Position numbers and translations under genes: made by a program. The notes beneath the pieces were generated by a model that saw only the letters and a list, made by a program, of their open reading frames with translations, was not told where the DNA came from and made no database searches. From contig CBDBQC010000003.1 in the NCBI GenBank assembly GCA_965209205.1, positions 822,882 to 886,881 of the forward strand: 64,000 bases of DNA, read 5' to 3'. Shown here piece after piece: positions 18,501-28,696 of this stretch (the stretch's first letter is position 1; each line of letters opens with the position of its first letter). Source of the stretch: Dehalococcoidia bacterium. GTDB taxonomy: Bacteria; Chloroflexota; Dehalococcoidia; Bin125.

Positions 18501-19442
18501 ATGAGCGTGCGCATTGGCCTGGGAATCGCGAATTTCCCCTTCGAGGAGCCGCGCGGCTTCTGGCGCTGGGTGGAGCAGTGCGAGGCCGGCGACGTCGATT
18601 CGATCTGGCAGACCGACCGCCTCATCGGCGCGCAGCCCTTCCTCGAATCGATGTCCACGATGGCCGCCCTGGCCGGGGCGACCGAGCGGCTCAAGTTCGG
18701 CATGAACGTCGTCGTCGTGCCGTTCCGCGACCCGCTGGTGCTGGCCAAGGAGTGCGCCACGATCGATTTCCTCAGCGACGGCCGCATGCTGCCGGCCTTC
18801 GGCGTGGGCGGGGCCGTCGCGCCCGAGTTCCGCGCCACGAGCCGGCCCATGGCGCGCCGCGGCGCGCTCGCCGACGAGGCCCTGCGCCTGATGGTGCGTC
18901 TCTGGGCGGGCGAGACCGTCAGCTTCGCGGGTGAGCACTACGACTACCACGACGCCGTGATTGCGCCGCTGCCCGTGCAGCAGCCGCTGCCGCTCTGGAT
19001 CGGCGGCGACAGCAAAGCCGCGATCCGCCGCACGGCGACCATCGGCAGCGGCTGGCTGGGCGGCCTGCACAGCCCGGCCCAGGTGGCGCGGATCGTCGCG
19101 GCGATCAAGGGTGCGGCGGTCGCGGCCGGGCGCAGCATCGACGACGACCACTACGGCGCCGCCTTCGCCTACCGCTTCGGCGACCCCGGCGACGCCCCCG
19201 TGCAACGGCTGGCGGCCGGCTTCCGCCGCCGCCTGCCCGACGTCGACCCGGCCGGCTACTTCAGCGTGGGCGACGCGGCCTGCATCCAAGCCCGCATCGC
19301 CGAGTACGTGGCGGCGGGGGCGTCGAAGTTCGTGCTGCGCCCGATCGCCGACGGCGACGCCGACATGCAGCAGCAGACGCAGCGCCTGATCGAGGAAGTG
19401 CTGCCCGTGGTCCACGGGCGGGCGGCGGCGGCGGCCCGCTAG
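18501..19442 (+). CDS. LLM-class flavin/F420-dependent oxidoreductase
   Basis: DSIWQTD, RDPLVLAKECATIDFLSDGR and PLWIGG motifs. Confidence 0.9.
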   Translation: MSVRIGLGIANFPFEEPRGFWRWVEQCEAGDVDSIWQTDRLIGAQPFLESMSTMAALAGATERLKFGMNVVVVPFRDPLVLAKECATIDFLSDGRMLPAFGVGGAVAPEFRATSRPMARRGALADEALRLMVRLWAGETVSFAGEHYDYHDAVIAPLPVQQPLPLWIGGDSKAAIRRTATIGSGWLGGLHSPAQVARIVAAIKGAAVAAGRSIDDDHYGAAFAYRFGDPGDAPVQRLAAGFRRRLPDVDPAGYFSVGDAACIQARIAEYVAAGASKFVLRPIADGDADMQQQTQRLIEEVLPVVHGRAAAAAR

Positions 19443-19469
19443 ATCCGTCGGCCGGCCCGCGACGCCGGC

Positions 19470-19499
19470 GCGGCGATTCGGCCGGCGGCGATTCGGCCG
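19470..19499. repeat. Exact 15-bp tandem duplication GCGGCGATTCGGCCG x2
   Basis: Read directly between two convergent genes. Confidence 0.8.
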
Positions 19500-19503
19500 G
19501 GCC

Positions 19504-20538
19504 CTATTCGACCAACCAGGTGTTGTCCCCGGCGACGAGCGCCGCCAGGTCGCCCGCGCCGCTCCCGGCCTGGGCCTCGGCCACCTGCTGGCCGAGCATT
19601 TCGCCGTAGGTCGGCTTCTGCACCTGGCGGAAGACGCCCATGGGCACGGGCATCTCGGGGTACTGGAAGCGGGCCAGCATGTTGCCGCTGATCGGTGTCG
19701 GCTCGGCCGGGTTGTGCACCAGCACCTTCGAGCGGTCGCCGTTGACCTCCACGATCTCCGGCCGCGCCCCGTCGAGCGCGATGCCGCGCTGCTTCTCCTC
19801 GCCGAAGAGCATGGGCTCGCCCGCCTCCAGGTAGAGCAGGCGCTCGCCGCGCACCGGCTTGTCGGTGAAGTCGCGGAACGCGCCGTCGTTGAAGATGTTG
19901 CAGTTCTGGTAGATCTCGACGAACGCCGAGCCCCTGTGGTGCGCCGCCGCCTCGAGCGTGCTGACGAGGTGGTGCGGGTCGGTGTCGAACGTCCGCGCGA
20001 CGAACGTCGCCTCCGCGGCCAGCGCCACCGCGATCGGGTTGAGCGGGTTCTCGATCGAGCCCATGGGCGAGGACTTCGTCACCTTGCCCACCTCGGAGGT
20101 GGGCGAGTACTGGCCCTTCGTCAGGCCGTAGATGCGGTTGTTGAACAGCAGGATGTTGAGGTCCTGGTTGCGGCGCAGGGCGTGCAGCAGATGGTTGCCG
20201 CCGATGCTCAGGCCGTCGCCGTCGCCGGTGATCACGAAGACCAGCAGGTCGGGGCGGGTCAGCTTGAGGCCGGTCGCCAGCGTCGGCGCGCGGCCGTGAA
20301 TCGAATGGAAGCCGTAGGTGTTCATGTAGTAGGGGAAGCGGCTGGAACAGCCGATGCCGGAGATGAAGACGATGTCTTCCCGGCGCTTGCCCAGGTTGGG
20401 CAGCATGCGCTGCATCTGCGACAGAATCGAATAGTCGCCGCAGCCGGGGCACCAGCGGGTGTCCTGGTCCGAGGCGAAGTCCTTCTTCGAGAGGCGTGCG
20501 GCCTCCGCGGGCATCGCGTCAGGGTCTACGACCACCAT
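19504..20538 (-). CDS. korB: 2-oxoacid:ferredoxin oxidoreductase beta subunit
   Basis: WCPGCGDY, SGIGCSSR, HGRA, TGDGDGLSIGGNH and NNRIYGLTKGQYSPT motifs. Confidence 0.94.
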   Translation of the reverse strand: MVVVDPDAMPAEAARLSKKDFASDQDTRWCPGCGDYSILSQMQRMLPNLGKRREDIVFISGIGCSSRFPYYMNTYGFHSIHGRAPTLATGLKLTRPDLLVFVITGDGDGLSIGGNHLLHALRRNQDLNILLFNNRIYGLTKGQYSPTSEVGKVTKSSPMGSIENPLNPIAVALAAEATFVARTFDTDPHHLVSTLEAAAHHRGSAFVEIYQNCNIFNDGAFRDFTDKPVRGERLLYLEAGEPMLFGEEKQRGIALDGARPEIVEVNGDRSKVLVHNPAEPTPISGNMLARFQYPEMPVPMGVFRQVQKPTYGEMLGQQVAEAQAGSGAGDLAALVAGDNTWLVE

Positions 20539-20582
20539 CTCCGCGTCTCCTCGCTCGTTCCGCTCGCTCGCTCGCGCCGCCG

Positions 20583-22469
20583 CTACGAGGCCCGGGCCCG
20601 CGACGGCGCCGCGCTGCGCAGCGCCATGATCCGCTCCGTGATTTCGCCGGCGCTGAACGGCTGCCCCGAGACCTTGTTCAGGCCCTGGGCGTCCACCAGG
20701 TACTTCGCCCGCACCAGCATGCGCAGCTGGCCGGCGTTGGTTTCCGGAATCAGGACCGTCCGGTAGCGGCCGAGCACGGCGCCCAGGTTGGGCGGGAAGG
20801 GATTGAGGTAGCGCAGGTGCGCCAGCGCGACGTCCGCGCCCTGGGCGCGCGCGTCCTCGACCGCCGTGACGGCCGGGCCGTAGGTGCTGCCCCAGGAAAG
20901 CACCAGCACGTCGCCCGACTCCGGCCCCTCCACCTCGAGCGGCGGGATCATGCGGCCGATGCGCTCAATCTTCTCCGCCCGCAGCGCCACCATGTGCGCG
21001 TGGTTGTCGGGGTCGTAGGACACGTTGCCCGAGCCGTCGGCCTTCTCCAACCCGCCGATGCGATGTTGCAGGCCGGTCGTGCCGGGCACGGCGTACTGGC
21101 GCCGCAGCGTCTCCGGGTCGCGGGCGTACGGCGCGAAGGTGCGCGGGTCGTCGTGGAACTGCACCTCGATGCGGGGCAACTGGCCCACGTCGGGCACGGG
21201 CCAGGGCTCGGCCGTGTTGGCCAGGTAGCCGTCGGACAGGAAGATCACCGGCGTCATCGACGCGAAGGCGAGGCGGACGGCCTCGATCACCATGTAGAAG
21301 CAGTCACCCGGGCTGCGCGGCGCGACCAGGCACACCGGGCTCTCGCCGTTGCGGCCGAACATCGCCTGCAGCAGGTCGCCCTGCTCGGTCTTGGTGGGCA
21401 GGCCGGTGCTGGGCCCGCCGCGCTGGATGTCGAGCACGACGATCGGCAGCTCCGTCATCACGGCCAGGCCGATCGCCTCACTCTTGAGCGCCAGGCCGGG
21501 GCCGCTGGTGCCGGTCACGCCGATCGATCCCCCGAAGGCCGCGCCGATCGCCGCGCCCACCGCGGCGATCTCGTCCTCCGCCTGGAACGTCTTGACGCCG
21601 AAGTTCCGGTACGAGGCGAGCGAGTGCAGGATGTCGCTGGCCGGCGTGATGGGGTAGCTGCCGTAGAAGAGCTGCAGCCCGCTGAGTTCCTGCGCCGCGA
21701 CCAGGCCAATGGCCGTCGCTTCGTTGCCCGTGATCGTGCGGTAGGTGCCGGGCTGCAGCGTGGCCGGCGGCACCGCGACATGGGCGTCGGCGAGCTCGGC
21801 GGTCTCGGCGAAGGCATTCCCGGCCATGAGCGCGGCCTTGTTCGCCGCCACGATGTTGGGCCGCTTGGCGAACTTCTCCTCGATCCAGGCGATGCTGGGC
21901 GTGGGGTCGCGGTCGTAGAGCCAGTAGACGATGCCCAGCGCGAAGAAGTTCTTCGTGCGCTCCGCGTTCAGCCCCGAGACGCCCGCCTCCGCCGCCGCCG
22001 CCGCCGCGAGTTCCGTGATGGGGGCCTGAACGAGGCGGTAGTTGGAGAGCGAGCCGTCGGTCAGCGGGTTCTCGCGATAGCCGGCCTTGCGCAGGTTCAC
22101 GTTGGTGAACGCATCGGAATTGACCAGCAGCAGGCCGCCGGGCGCCAATTCCTTGGCGTGCACCTTGAGGGCCGCCGGGTTCATCGCGACGAGCGCGTCG
22201 GGCGCGTCGCCGGGCGTGTGGATCGTGCGCCGGGAGAAGCTGATCTGGAACGAGCTGACGCCCGCCAGGGAGCCCGCGGGCGCCCGGATCTCGGCCGGGA
22301 AATCGGGCAGCGTGCTGAAGTCGTTGCCGAAGACGGCGGTGGCGTCGGTGAAGCGGTTGCCGGCCAACTGCATGCCGTCGCCGGAGTCGCCGGCGAAGCG
22401 AATCGTCGCCCGGTCGCGCTCCGCGATGGGCTCGCGTGACTGTGATTCGAGGGTGGGCGACTCAACCAT
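20583..22469 (-). CDS. korA: 2-oxoacid:ferredoxin oxidoreductase alpha subunit (gamma-alpha fusion)
   Basis: RFAGDSGDGMQLAG, YPITPASDILH, QAEDEIAA and DIQRGGPSTGLPTK motifs. Confidence 0.94.
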   Translation of the reverse strand: MVESPTLESQSREPIAERDRATIRFAGDSGDGMQLAGNRFTDATAVFGNDFSTLPDFPAEIRAPAGSLAGVSSFQISFSRRTIHTPGDAPDALVAMNPAALKVHAKELAPGGLLLVNSDAFTNVNLRKAGYRENPLTDGSLSNYRLVQAPITELAAAAAAEAGVSGLNAERTKNFFALGIVYWLYDRDPTPSIAWIEEKFAKRPNIVAANKAALMAGNAFAETAELADAHVAVPPATLQPGTYRTITGNEATAIGLVAAQELSGLQLFYGSYPITPASDILHSLASYRNFGVKTFQAEDEIAAVGAAIGAAFGGSIGVTGTSGPGLALKSEAIGLAVMTELPIVVLDIQRGGPSTGLPTKTEQGDLLQAMFGRNGESPVCLVAPRSPGDCFYMVIEAVRLAFASMTPVIFLSDGYLANTAEPWPVPDVGQLPRIEVQFHDDPRTFAPYARDPETLRRQYAVPGTTGLQHRIGGLEKADGSGNVSYDPDNHAHMVALRAEKIERIGRMIPPLEVEGPESGDVLVLSWGSTYGPAVTAVEDARAQGADVALAHLRYLNPFPPNLGAVLGRYRTVLIPETNAGQLRMLVRAKYLVDAQGLNKVSGQPFSAGEITERIMALRSAAPSRARAS

Positions 22470-22784
22470 CCCTGCTGGCCCTTCCTGCCTCGGCGCGCGC
22501 CCCGATCAGTGCGATCGTGCGACGCGGCGTCACCCGCTCGGCCGGCCGGTCCCTGAGGCGTTTCACGCTCGCGCCGCCTCCTTGCTGACGCACCCGTGCA
22601 CCACCACCTCGCATCGTAGCAGCGAGAGCATTGCACACAGCGCCCTTCCGTTGTCAGCTTTGCGGCGTTACGTGGGGGTTACGTTCGGCGTGGCCCGCCG
22701 GACGGGCGCGAGTCGGCCCGGGAGACCCGCTATCCTGCCCGCAGCGCCGCCAGGATGGGACCGCCGGAAACGAGCGGAGGCCGC

Positions 22785-24005
22785 ATGTCGCAGCCCGCGT
22801 CCCCGCCCGATCGCGCCGCCATGCGGGCGCGGGCCACCGCCGCGATCGATGCCGCCGCCGCGGATCTGCGCCGCGTCAGCGCGCGGATCCACGAGCGGCC
22901 CGAGCTCAACTTCGAGGAGCACTTCGCGCACGACGTGCTCGCGACCGCGGCCGCCGCCGCCGGCCTGACGGTGCAGCGCGGCGCGTTCGATCTGCCCACC
23001 GCGTTCAGCGCCAGCGCGGGCGCCGGCGGCGACCGGGTCGCCATCTGCTGTGAGTACGACGCGCTGCCCGAGATCGGCCACGCCTGCGGCCACAACCTGA
23101 TCGCGGCGGCGGGGCTGGGCGCCGGCATCGGCGCGGCTGCCGGCTTGGCCGGGTCGGGCGCGGCGGGCCGGGTGGTCGTGCTGGGCACGCCCGCCGAGGA
23201 GGGCGGCGGCGGCAAGATCGATCTGATCGAGCGGGGCGCGTTCGCGGACGTCGACGCGGCGCTGATGGCGCACCCCGCCCCCAGCGATCTCCTGCGGCCG
23301 GGCGTCAGCGCCCTGCGGCAGTTGGACGTCGTCTATCGGGGGCGCAACGCGCACGCCGCCGGCGCGCCCTGGGAGGGGCGCAACGCGCTCGACGCGATGG
23401 TCATCGCCTACAGCGCGATCTCGGCCCTGCGGCAGCAACTGCCCCCCGGCGCGTTGGTGCACGGCGTCATCACGCACGGCGGCGACAAGCCCAATATCAT
23501 CCCCAGCCTCACCCGCGCCGAGTTCATCGTTAGGGCCCGCGACCGCGACGCGCTGGCGCGGCTCAAGGAGCGCGTGCTGGCCTGCTTCCGGGCCGGGGCC
23601 GAGGCGTCGGGCTGCACCGTGGAAGTGCGGCAGCGCGGCCACGAATACTCGGACATGCGGCACAACACCCCCATCGTCGAGGCCTACGCGGCCAGCCTGC
23701 GCGCCTTGGGCGCGCCGCCGCGCGAGGATCCCGCGGGGTTCAGCGCCTTCAGCACCGACATGGGCAACGTCAGCCACGTGACGCCGTCGATCCATCCCGT
23801 CTTCGGCATCCCCGCCGCGGCCGGCAATCACACGCCCGAGTTCGCCGCGGCCGCGGCCGGCGCGCCCGCCCACGATGCGATGCTCGTCGCCGCCAAGGCG
23901 ATGGCGCTGACCGCCCTCGACCTCCTCACCGACCCCGCACTGCTGGCGAACGCCCGCGCCGAGTTCGCGGCCGCCGGCGCCGCCGGAACGGACGCCGCGC
24001 CATGA
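22785..24005 (+). CDS. M20-family amidohydrolase (PM20D2/AbgB-like)
   Basis: IHERPELNFEE, EYDALPEIGHACGHN, GTPAEEGGGGK, HAAGAPWEGRNALDA and STDMGNVS motifs. Confidence 0.92.
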   Translation: MSQPASPPDRAAMRARATAAIDAAAADLRRVSARIHERPELNFEEHFAHDVLATAAAAAGLTVQRGAFDLPTAFSASAGAGGDRVAICCEYDALPEIGHACGHNLIAAAGLGAGIGAAAGLAGSGAAGRVVVLGTPAEEGGGGKIDLIERGAFADVDAALMAHPAPSDLLRPGVSALRQLDVVYRGRNAHAAGAPWEGRNALDAMVIAYSAISALRQQLPPGALVHGVITHGGDKPNIIPSLTRAEFIVRARDRDALARLKERVLACFRAGAEASGCTVEVRQRGHEYSDMRHNTPIVEAYAASLRALGAPPREDPAGFSAFSTDMGNVSHVTPSIHPVFGIPAAAGNHTPEFAAAAAGAPAHDAMLVAAKAMALTALDLLTDPALLANARAEFAAAGAAGTDAAP

Positions 24006-24661
24006 GGCCCCCCGCCCCGCCGATGCCGGACCAGATGCCCGTCGGGATGGTCGACCACATCGTCTACGCCGTGCCCGATCTCGACATCGCCGTGCCCGAC
24101 CTCGAGGAGCGGCTGGGGGTGCGCCCGGCCTACGGCGGCGCCCACCCCGGCGCCGGGTCGCACAACGCCCTGCTGGGTCTGGGCGACGAGGCGTACCTGG
24201 AGATCATCGCGCCCGACCCCAACCAGCCCGACCCGCCCGGCCGCCCCCGGCCCTTCGGCCTCGACGACCTCACCGCGCCGCGGCTCGTCGGCTGGGCGGC
24301 GAAGGCGACCGACCTCGCGGCGCGCGTCGCGCTGGCGCGGCTGGGCGGCTTCGACCCGGGGCCGGACCGCACCATGCGGCGGGTGCGGCCGGACGGCGTC
24401 GAGCTGGTCTGGACGCTGACGAGCGCCGGGCCCGCCCTGGACGGCCTGGTCCCCTTCCTGATCGATTGGGACGAGACGCCGCACCCCGCGGCGACCGCGC
24501 CCGGCGGCTGCCGCCTGACCGCCCTCAGCGGCCGGCATCCCCGCCCGCCCGAGGTCGAGACCGCGCTCGCGGCGCTGGGCCTGACGCTGCCGGTCGAGGC
24601 GGGAGCGGCCGCGCTCGTGGCCACGCTCGACACACCCAACGGCGTCGTGCGGCTAACCTGA
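24002..24661 (+). CDS. VOC/glyoxalase-like protein
   Basis: DHIVYAVPDL...GGAHPGAGSHNALL...YLEIIAPDP...PFLIDW. Confidence 0.88.
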   Translation: MRPPAPPMPDQMPVGMVDHIVYAVPDLDIAVPDLEERLGVRPAYGGAHPGAGSHNALLGLGDEAYLEIIAPDPNQPDPPGRPRPFGLDDLTAPRLVGWAAKATDLAARVALARLGGFDPGPDRTMRRVRPDGVELVWTLTSAGPALDGLVPFLIDWDETPHPAATAPGGCRLTALSGRHPRPPEVETALAALGLTLPVEAGAAALVATLDTPNGVVRLT

Positions 24662-24713
24662 CCGGCGTCCGCCCCGCCGGGGCCGGGCGCTGGACGGCGA
24701 GAAGGGGCAGATC

Positions 24714-25766
24714 ATGAAACTCGGCTTCACCGCGGGCGGCTTCGGTCCGCGCTACCAACTCGACCTGGACCTGATCCGGCGCGTCGAGGCGCTGGGCTAC
24801 GACTCGGTCTGGACGGCCGAGGCCTACGGCTCCGACGCGGTCACGCCGCTGGCCTTCATCGCCGCGCACACGCAGCGCATCAAGCTGGGCACGGGCATCC
24901 TGCAGATCCCCGCGCGGACCCCCGCGATGACCGCCATGACCATGGCGACGCTCGATCAGCTGGCCGGCGGCGGCCGCGTCATCGTGGGGCTGGGCCTGTC
25001 CGGGCCGCAGGTCGTCGAGGGCTGGCACGGGCAGCCCTGGGGCAAGCCCGCCACGCGCGTGCGCGAGTACATCGAGGTGCTGCGCAAGATCCTCGCCCGC
25101 GAGGCGCCGGTCACCTACGACGGGGTCGAGTACCAACTGCCCTATCAGGGCCCCGGGTCGAGCGGCCTCGGCAAGCCGCTGAAGTCGATCCTGCACATGC
25201 AGCAACTGCCGATCTACGTCGCCTCGCTGGGCCCGGCCAACGTCAAGAACACGGCCGAGCTGGCCGACGGCTGGCTGCCGATGTGGTTCTCGCCCTACCG
25301 CATGGCGAACTACCAGCCCTGGCTCGACGAGGGCATGCAGCGCGGCCGGGCGAGCGAGGCGCCCAAGGCGCTCGACGACTTCGAGATCCAGGCCGCCTGC
25401 ACGGTGATCGTCAGCGACGACGTGGGCGAGTGCATCCGCCAGATGCGCCCCAACGTGGCGCTGTACATGGGCGGCATGGGCGCGAAGTCGAAGAACTTCC
25501 ACAACGACGTCATGGTCCGCTACGGCTACGGCGAGGCCGCGGCCGCCGTGCAGGACCTCTACCTGTCGGGCCGCCGGGCCGAGGCGATGGAGGCCGTGCC
25601 CGACGAGTTCATCGACGAGATGGCGCTGATCGGCCCCGCCGACCGCATCCGCGAGCGCTACAAGGCCTGGGAGGACTGCGGCATCACGGGCATCACCGTC
25701 ACCGCCCGCCAGCCCGAGGCGCTGGAACTCATGGCCGACCTCGCCGGCACGCGGGGCAACGTGTAG
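24714..25766 (+). CDS. LLM-class F420-dependent oxidoreductase (Rv3520c-like)
   Basis: VWTAEAYGSDA, QIPARTPAMTAM, SGPQVVEGWHG and YMGGMG...NFHN motifs. Confidence 0.92.
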   Translation: MKLGFTAGGFGPRYQLDLDLIRRVEALGYDSVWTAEAYGSDAVTPLAFIAAHTQRIKLGTGILQIPARTPAMTAMTMATLDQLAGGGRVIVGLGLSGPQVVEGWHGQPWGKPATRVREYIEVLRKILAREAPVTYDGVEYQLPYQGPGSSGLGKPLKSILHMQQLPIYVASLGPANVKNTAELADGWLPMWFSPYRMANYQPWLDEGMQRGRASEAPKALDDFEIQAACTVIVSDDVGECIRQMRPNVALYMGGMGAKSKNFHNDVMVRYGYGEAAAAVQDLYLSGRRAEAMEAVPDEFIDEMALIGPADRIRERYKAWEDCGITGITVTARQPEALELMADLAGTRGNV

Positions 25767-25776
25767 TCGGAGTCGC

Positions 25777-26613
25777 TCAGTCGCCGTCGAGCGGGGCGCC
25801 GCCCGGCCGCACGCCGGCGCGGTTGCGCGCGTTCATCTGCTCGAGCAGGCGCTGCCAGCGGGCGTCGACGCTGCTCCAGCCCCCGTCCACCACGATCGCC
25901 TGCCCGGTCACCAGGCTCGACTCGTCGCCCGCCAGCCACAGCGCCGCCTGCGCGATGTCGAGCGGCTGCCCCGCCCGCCCCACGGGGTGCACGGCGGCGA
26001 AGCGCTCCGTCATGATCTCCTCCGCGCGCGGGAACGGCGCCGAGAGCGGCGTGACGATCCCGCCCGGACAGATGCAGTTGACGCGGATGCCGTGCGGTCC
26101 GCCCTCGGCGGCGGCGCTGCGGGTGAGCGAGATCACGCCGGCCTTGGTCATGCCGTAGATGGCCTGCCGCTCGAAGCCGTGCAGCCCGGCGACCGAGGCG
26201 GTGGAGATGATCACGCCGCCGCCCTGCGCGCGCATCCGCCGGGCGGCGTGCTTGATGCCCAGCCAGACCCCCTTGAGGTTGACCGCCGTGACGAAGTCGA
26301 ACGTCTCCTCGGGCGCATCCGCGATCTCGCCCTCGACCATGCCCACGCCGGCGTTGTTGTACATCACGTCCAGCGCGCCGAACTCGTCGACCGCCGTCGC
26401 CACCAGCCCCGCGACGTCCTGGTCCCGGCGCACGTCCGCGACGACGGCGCGCGCCGGCTCGCCCAGCTCGGCCGCCAGGGCCCGCGCCCGCTCCTCCTGC
26501 ACGTCGCCGATCACGACGCGCGCCCCCTCGGCCACGAACAGGCGCACCGCGCTCTCCCCGATGCCGGAGGCACCGCCCGTGATGACCGCCACCTTGCCGT
26601 CGAGTCGTGTCAT
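25777..26613 (-). CDS. Short-chain dehydrogenase/reductase
   Basis: TGGASGIG, NNAG, YGMTK (YxxxK), VNCICPG and VDGG motifs. Confidence 0.93.
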   Translation of the reverse strand: MTRLDGKVAVITGGASGIGESAVRLFVAEGARVVIGDVQEERARALAAELGEPARAVVADVRRDQDVAGLVATAVDEFGALDVMYNNAGVGMVEGEIADAPEETFDFVTAVNLKGVWLGIKHAARRMRAQGGGVIISTASVAGLHGFERQAIYGMTKAGVISLTRSAAAEGGPHGIRVNCICPGGIVTPLSAPFPRAEEIMTERFAAVHPVGRAGQPLDIAQAALWLAGDESSLVTGQAIVVDGGWSSVDARWQRLLEQMNARNRAGVRPGGAPLDGD

Positions 26614-26654
26614 GGCGTCCTCCCGAATGTGCGCGCTCCCGCGACGGCCGCCGC

Positions 26655-27428
26655 TCAGTCGTCGTCCGCCATCTCGGCGCCGGCGTCGTCGCCTGCGCTC
26701 TCTCGCAGCACGAACCAGTACAGCACCGCGCCGACGCCGCCACCCAGCGCTGGGGCCAGCATGTAGACCCAGAAGCTGTCGAAGGCGTTCGAGACCAGCG
26801 CCGGCCCCAGCGTGCGGGCCGGGTTCACCGACGCGCCCGTCAGCGGCAGCGCCACCAGGTGGATCGCCGCCACGGTGAGCCCGATCAGCAGCGGCGCGAC
26901 GTGCCAGGCGCCCCGCTTCGAGACCGCCGTCGCGAAGATCACGATCAGCAGCACCGCCGTCAGGATCGCCTCCAGCACGAACGCGCCCAGGTCGGTGACG
27001 GCGCCGTTGTTGATGGAGTGCGCGCCGAAGTTCGTGATCTCCCCGGCCGCGTTGTCCAGGATCACGTAGAGCACCGCGGTCGCGAGGATCGCGCCCGCGA
27101 ACTGGGCGACCATGTAGCACAGCCCGGGCAGGACCTTGATCTGCTTCGTCACGATCATGCCCAGCGAGACGGCCGGGTTCAGATGGCCCCCGGAGATGTT
27201 CGCCGTCGCGTAGACCATCAGGCCGATGCCCAGCCCGTGCGCCAGCGCGATGACGATCAGCGCATCCGCCGCCCCCGAGCCGACGCTGGTGATGACCGCC
27301 CCCGTGCCGATGAGGACGAAAAGCATCGTCCCCACCAACTCCGCCAGGTAGGCGACCACGTTCGGCCGGGCCGCGACCTCCTCGCCCCCCAGATCGCCGG
27401 CTCCCATGCGTAGCTGTGCGAGTGCCAT
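26655..27428 (-). CDS. MIP-family channel (aquaporin)
   Basis: Two NPA motifs (GGHLNPAVS, GASVNPARTLG); six TM segments; GGAGAGG RBS. Confidence 0.94.
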   Translation of the reverse strand: MALAQLRMGAGDLGGEEVAARPNVVAYLAELVGTMLFVLIGTGAVITSVGSGAADALIVIALAHGLGIGLMVYATANISGGHLNPAVSLGMIVTKQIKVLPGLCYMVAQFAGAILATAVLYVILDNAAGEITNFGAHSINNGAVTDLGAFVLEAILTAVLLIVIFATAVSKRGAWHVAPLLIGLTVAAIHLVALPLTGASVNPARTLGPALVSNAFDSFWVYMLAPALGGGVGAVLYWFVLRESAGDDAGAEMADDD

Positions 27429-27546
27429 GCCACCTCTCCCAATTCACTGACGGCGCCAATTGGTTGCGCCAATGATGTCGCGGACCTGCCGGGAGACCCA
27501 CGATTGGCAGCTCGGCATGCGCTCCGCCGCCGGAATGAACACGCCA

Positions 27547-27575
27547 ACGATGGGGCCCGCCAGATCGGAAGTCAA
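27547..27575 (-). promoter_or_regulatory. Candidate sigma70 promoter for the aquaporin gene
   Basis: Minus strand TTGACT-N17-CATCGT, giving a leader of about 110 nt. Confidence 0.45.
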
Positions 27576-27712
27576 CCACCTCCCCGGTTATCGCTTGAAT
27601 CCCTGCTGCCGGGCCGCAGGCCTCGGGCGCGGCCGGGACGACGGCGCCTGATATATTCCCGAGCGTGGCCGCCGGGCGCCGCGCAGCGGCGCGGAAGCGG
27701 CCAGGGAGAGCC

Positions 27713-28678
27713 ATGCACCTGAACGAATTCGCCGCCGACGCCGGCCCGCTCGACATGACCACGTTCGACGAGTTCGGCAGCCTGCAGCGCAGCGCCGCCG
27801 ACCTGGGCATCCCGCATCCGGGCCGCGTGCGCTACGTCTCCCGCAACGTCGTGGTGAATCACCTGCGGATGCACCTGCTGGAATGGGGAGACCCCGACGC
27901 GCCGCCCGTGGTGTTGCTGCACGGCGCGAATCAGTCGGCCCACTCCTGGGACCTCGTCAGCCTGCACCTCGCCGACCGCTACCACGTCTACGCGCTCGAC
28001 CAGCGCGGCCACGGGGACACCGAGTGGGTGCGCGACGCCGACTACTCGTCGCCCGCCATGGCCCGCGACGCCGCGGCGTTCATCGCGGGCGAGGGCCTCG
28101 ACGCGCCGATCGTCTTCGGCCACAGCATGGGCGGCATGGTCACGCTCAACTTGGCCCTCGGCCATCCGGGCGTCGCGCGCGGCCTCGTCATCGTCGATGC
28201 GGGGCCGCAGATCTCCGAGGCGGGCGCCCGCATCATCGGCAACTTCGTCAGCAAGAACCGCGAGTTCGACTCCATCGACGAGTTCGTGGAGCGCGTCGTC
28301 AAGTACGACCCCTTCCGCACGCGGGCGCACATGGAGCGCACGGCGCGCTACAACCTCATCCGCCGCATCGACGGCAAGTACATCAGCAAGTCCGACCGCA
28401 TCCTGCACGACGAGAGCTTCCGCCGCGCGCGCTCCGAGCACGCGCCGCGCCTGGGGATGGACGACGTGCGGGCGATCGCCACGCCCACGCTGCTCGTGCG
28501 CGGCGCGCAGTCGAACGTGTTGGAGGTGGAGGGGGCGGAGCGCTTCGTCGCGGCGCTGCCCGACGCGCGGCTGGTTACCGTGCCGGACTGCGGGCACAAC
28601 GTGCACACGCAGAACACGCCCGGGTTCCTGGCGGCCGTGCAACCGTTCCTGGCGGCGCTCGACGCCGCCCGCGTTTAG
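27713..28678 (+). CDS. Alpha/beta fold hydrolase
   Basis: LLHG...HSWD, DQRGHGD, GHSMGG and CGHNVH motifs. Confidence 0.9.
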   Translation: MHLNEFAADAGPLDMTTFDEFGSLQRSAADLGIPHPGRVRYVSRNVVVNHLRMHLLEWGDPDAPPVVLLHGANQSAHSWDLVSLHLADRYHVYALDQRGHGDTEWVRDADYSSPAMARDAAAFIAGEGLDAPIVFGHSMGGMVTLNLALGHPGVARGLVIVDAGPQISEAGARIIGNFVSKNREFDSIDEFVERVVKYDPFRTRAHMERTARYNLIRRIDGKYISKSDRILHDESFRRARSEHAPRLGMDDVRAIATPTLLVRGAQSNVLEVEGAERFVAALPDARLVTVPDCGHNVHTQNTPGFLAAVQPFLAALDAARV

Positions 28679-28696
28679 CCGGCCGCCGCCGCGTCC

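Noticed and set aside
27590-27660. ATCGCTTGAATCC resembling the 5' end of a c-di-AMP (ydaO) riboswitch
   Set aside because: The downstream conserved blocks (GGGGGAACC, GGGGTGAATC, CCGTCAGCTAA) are absent.
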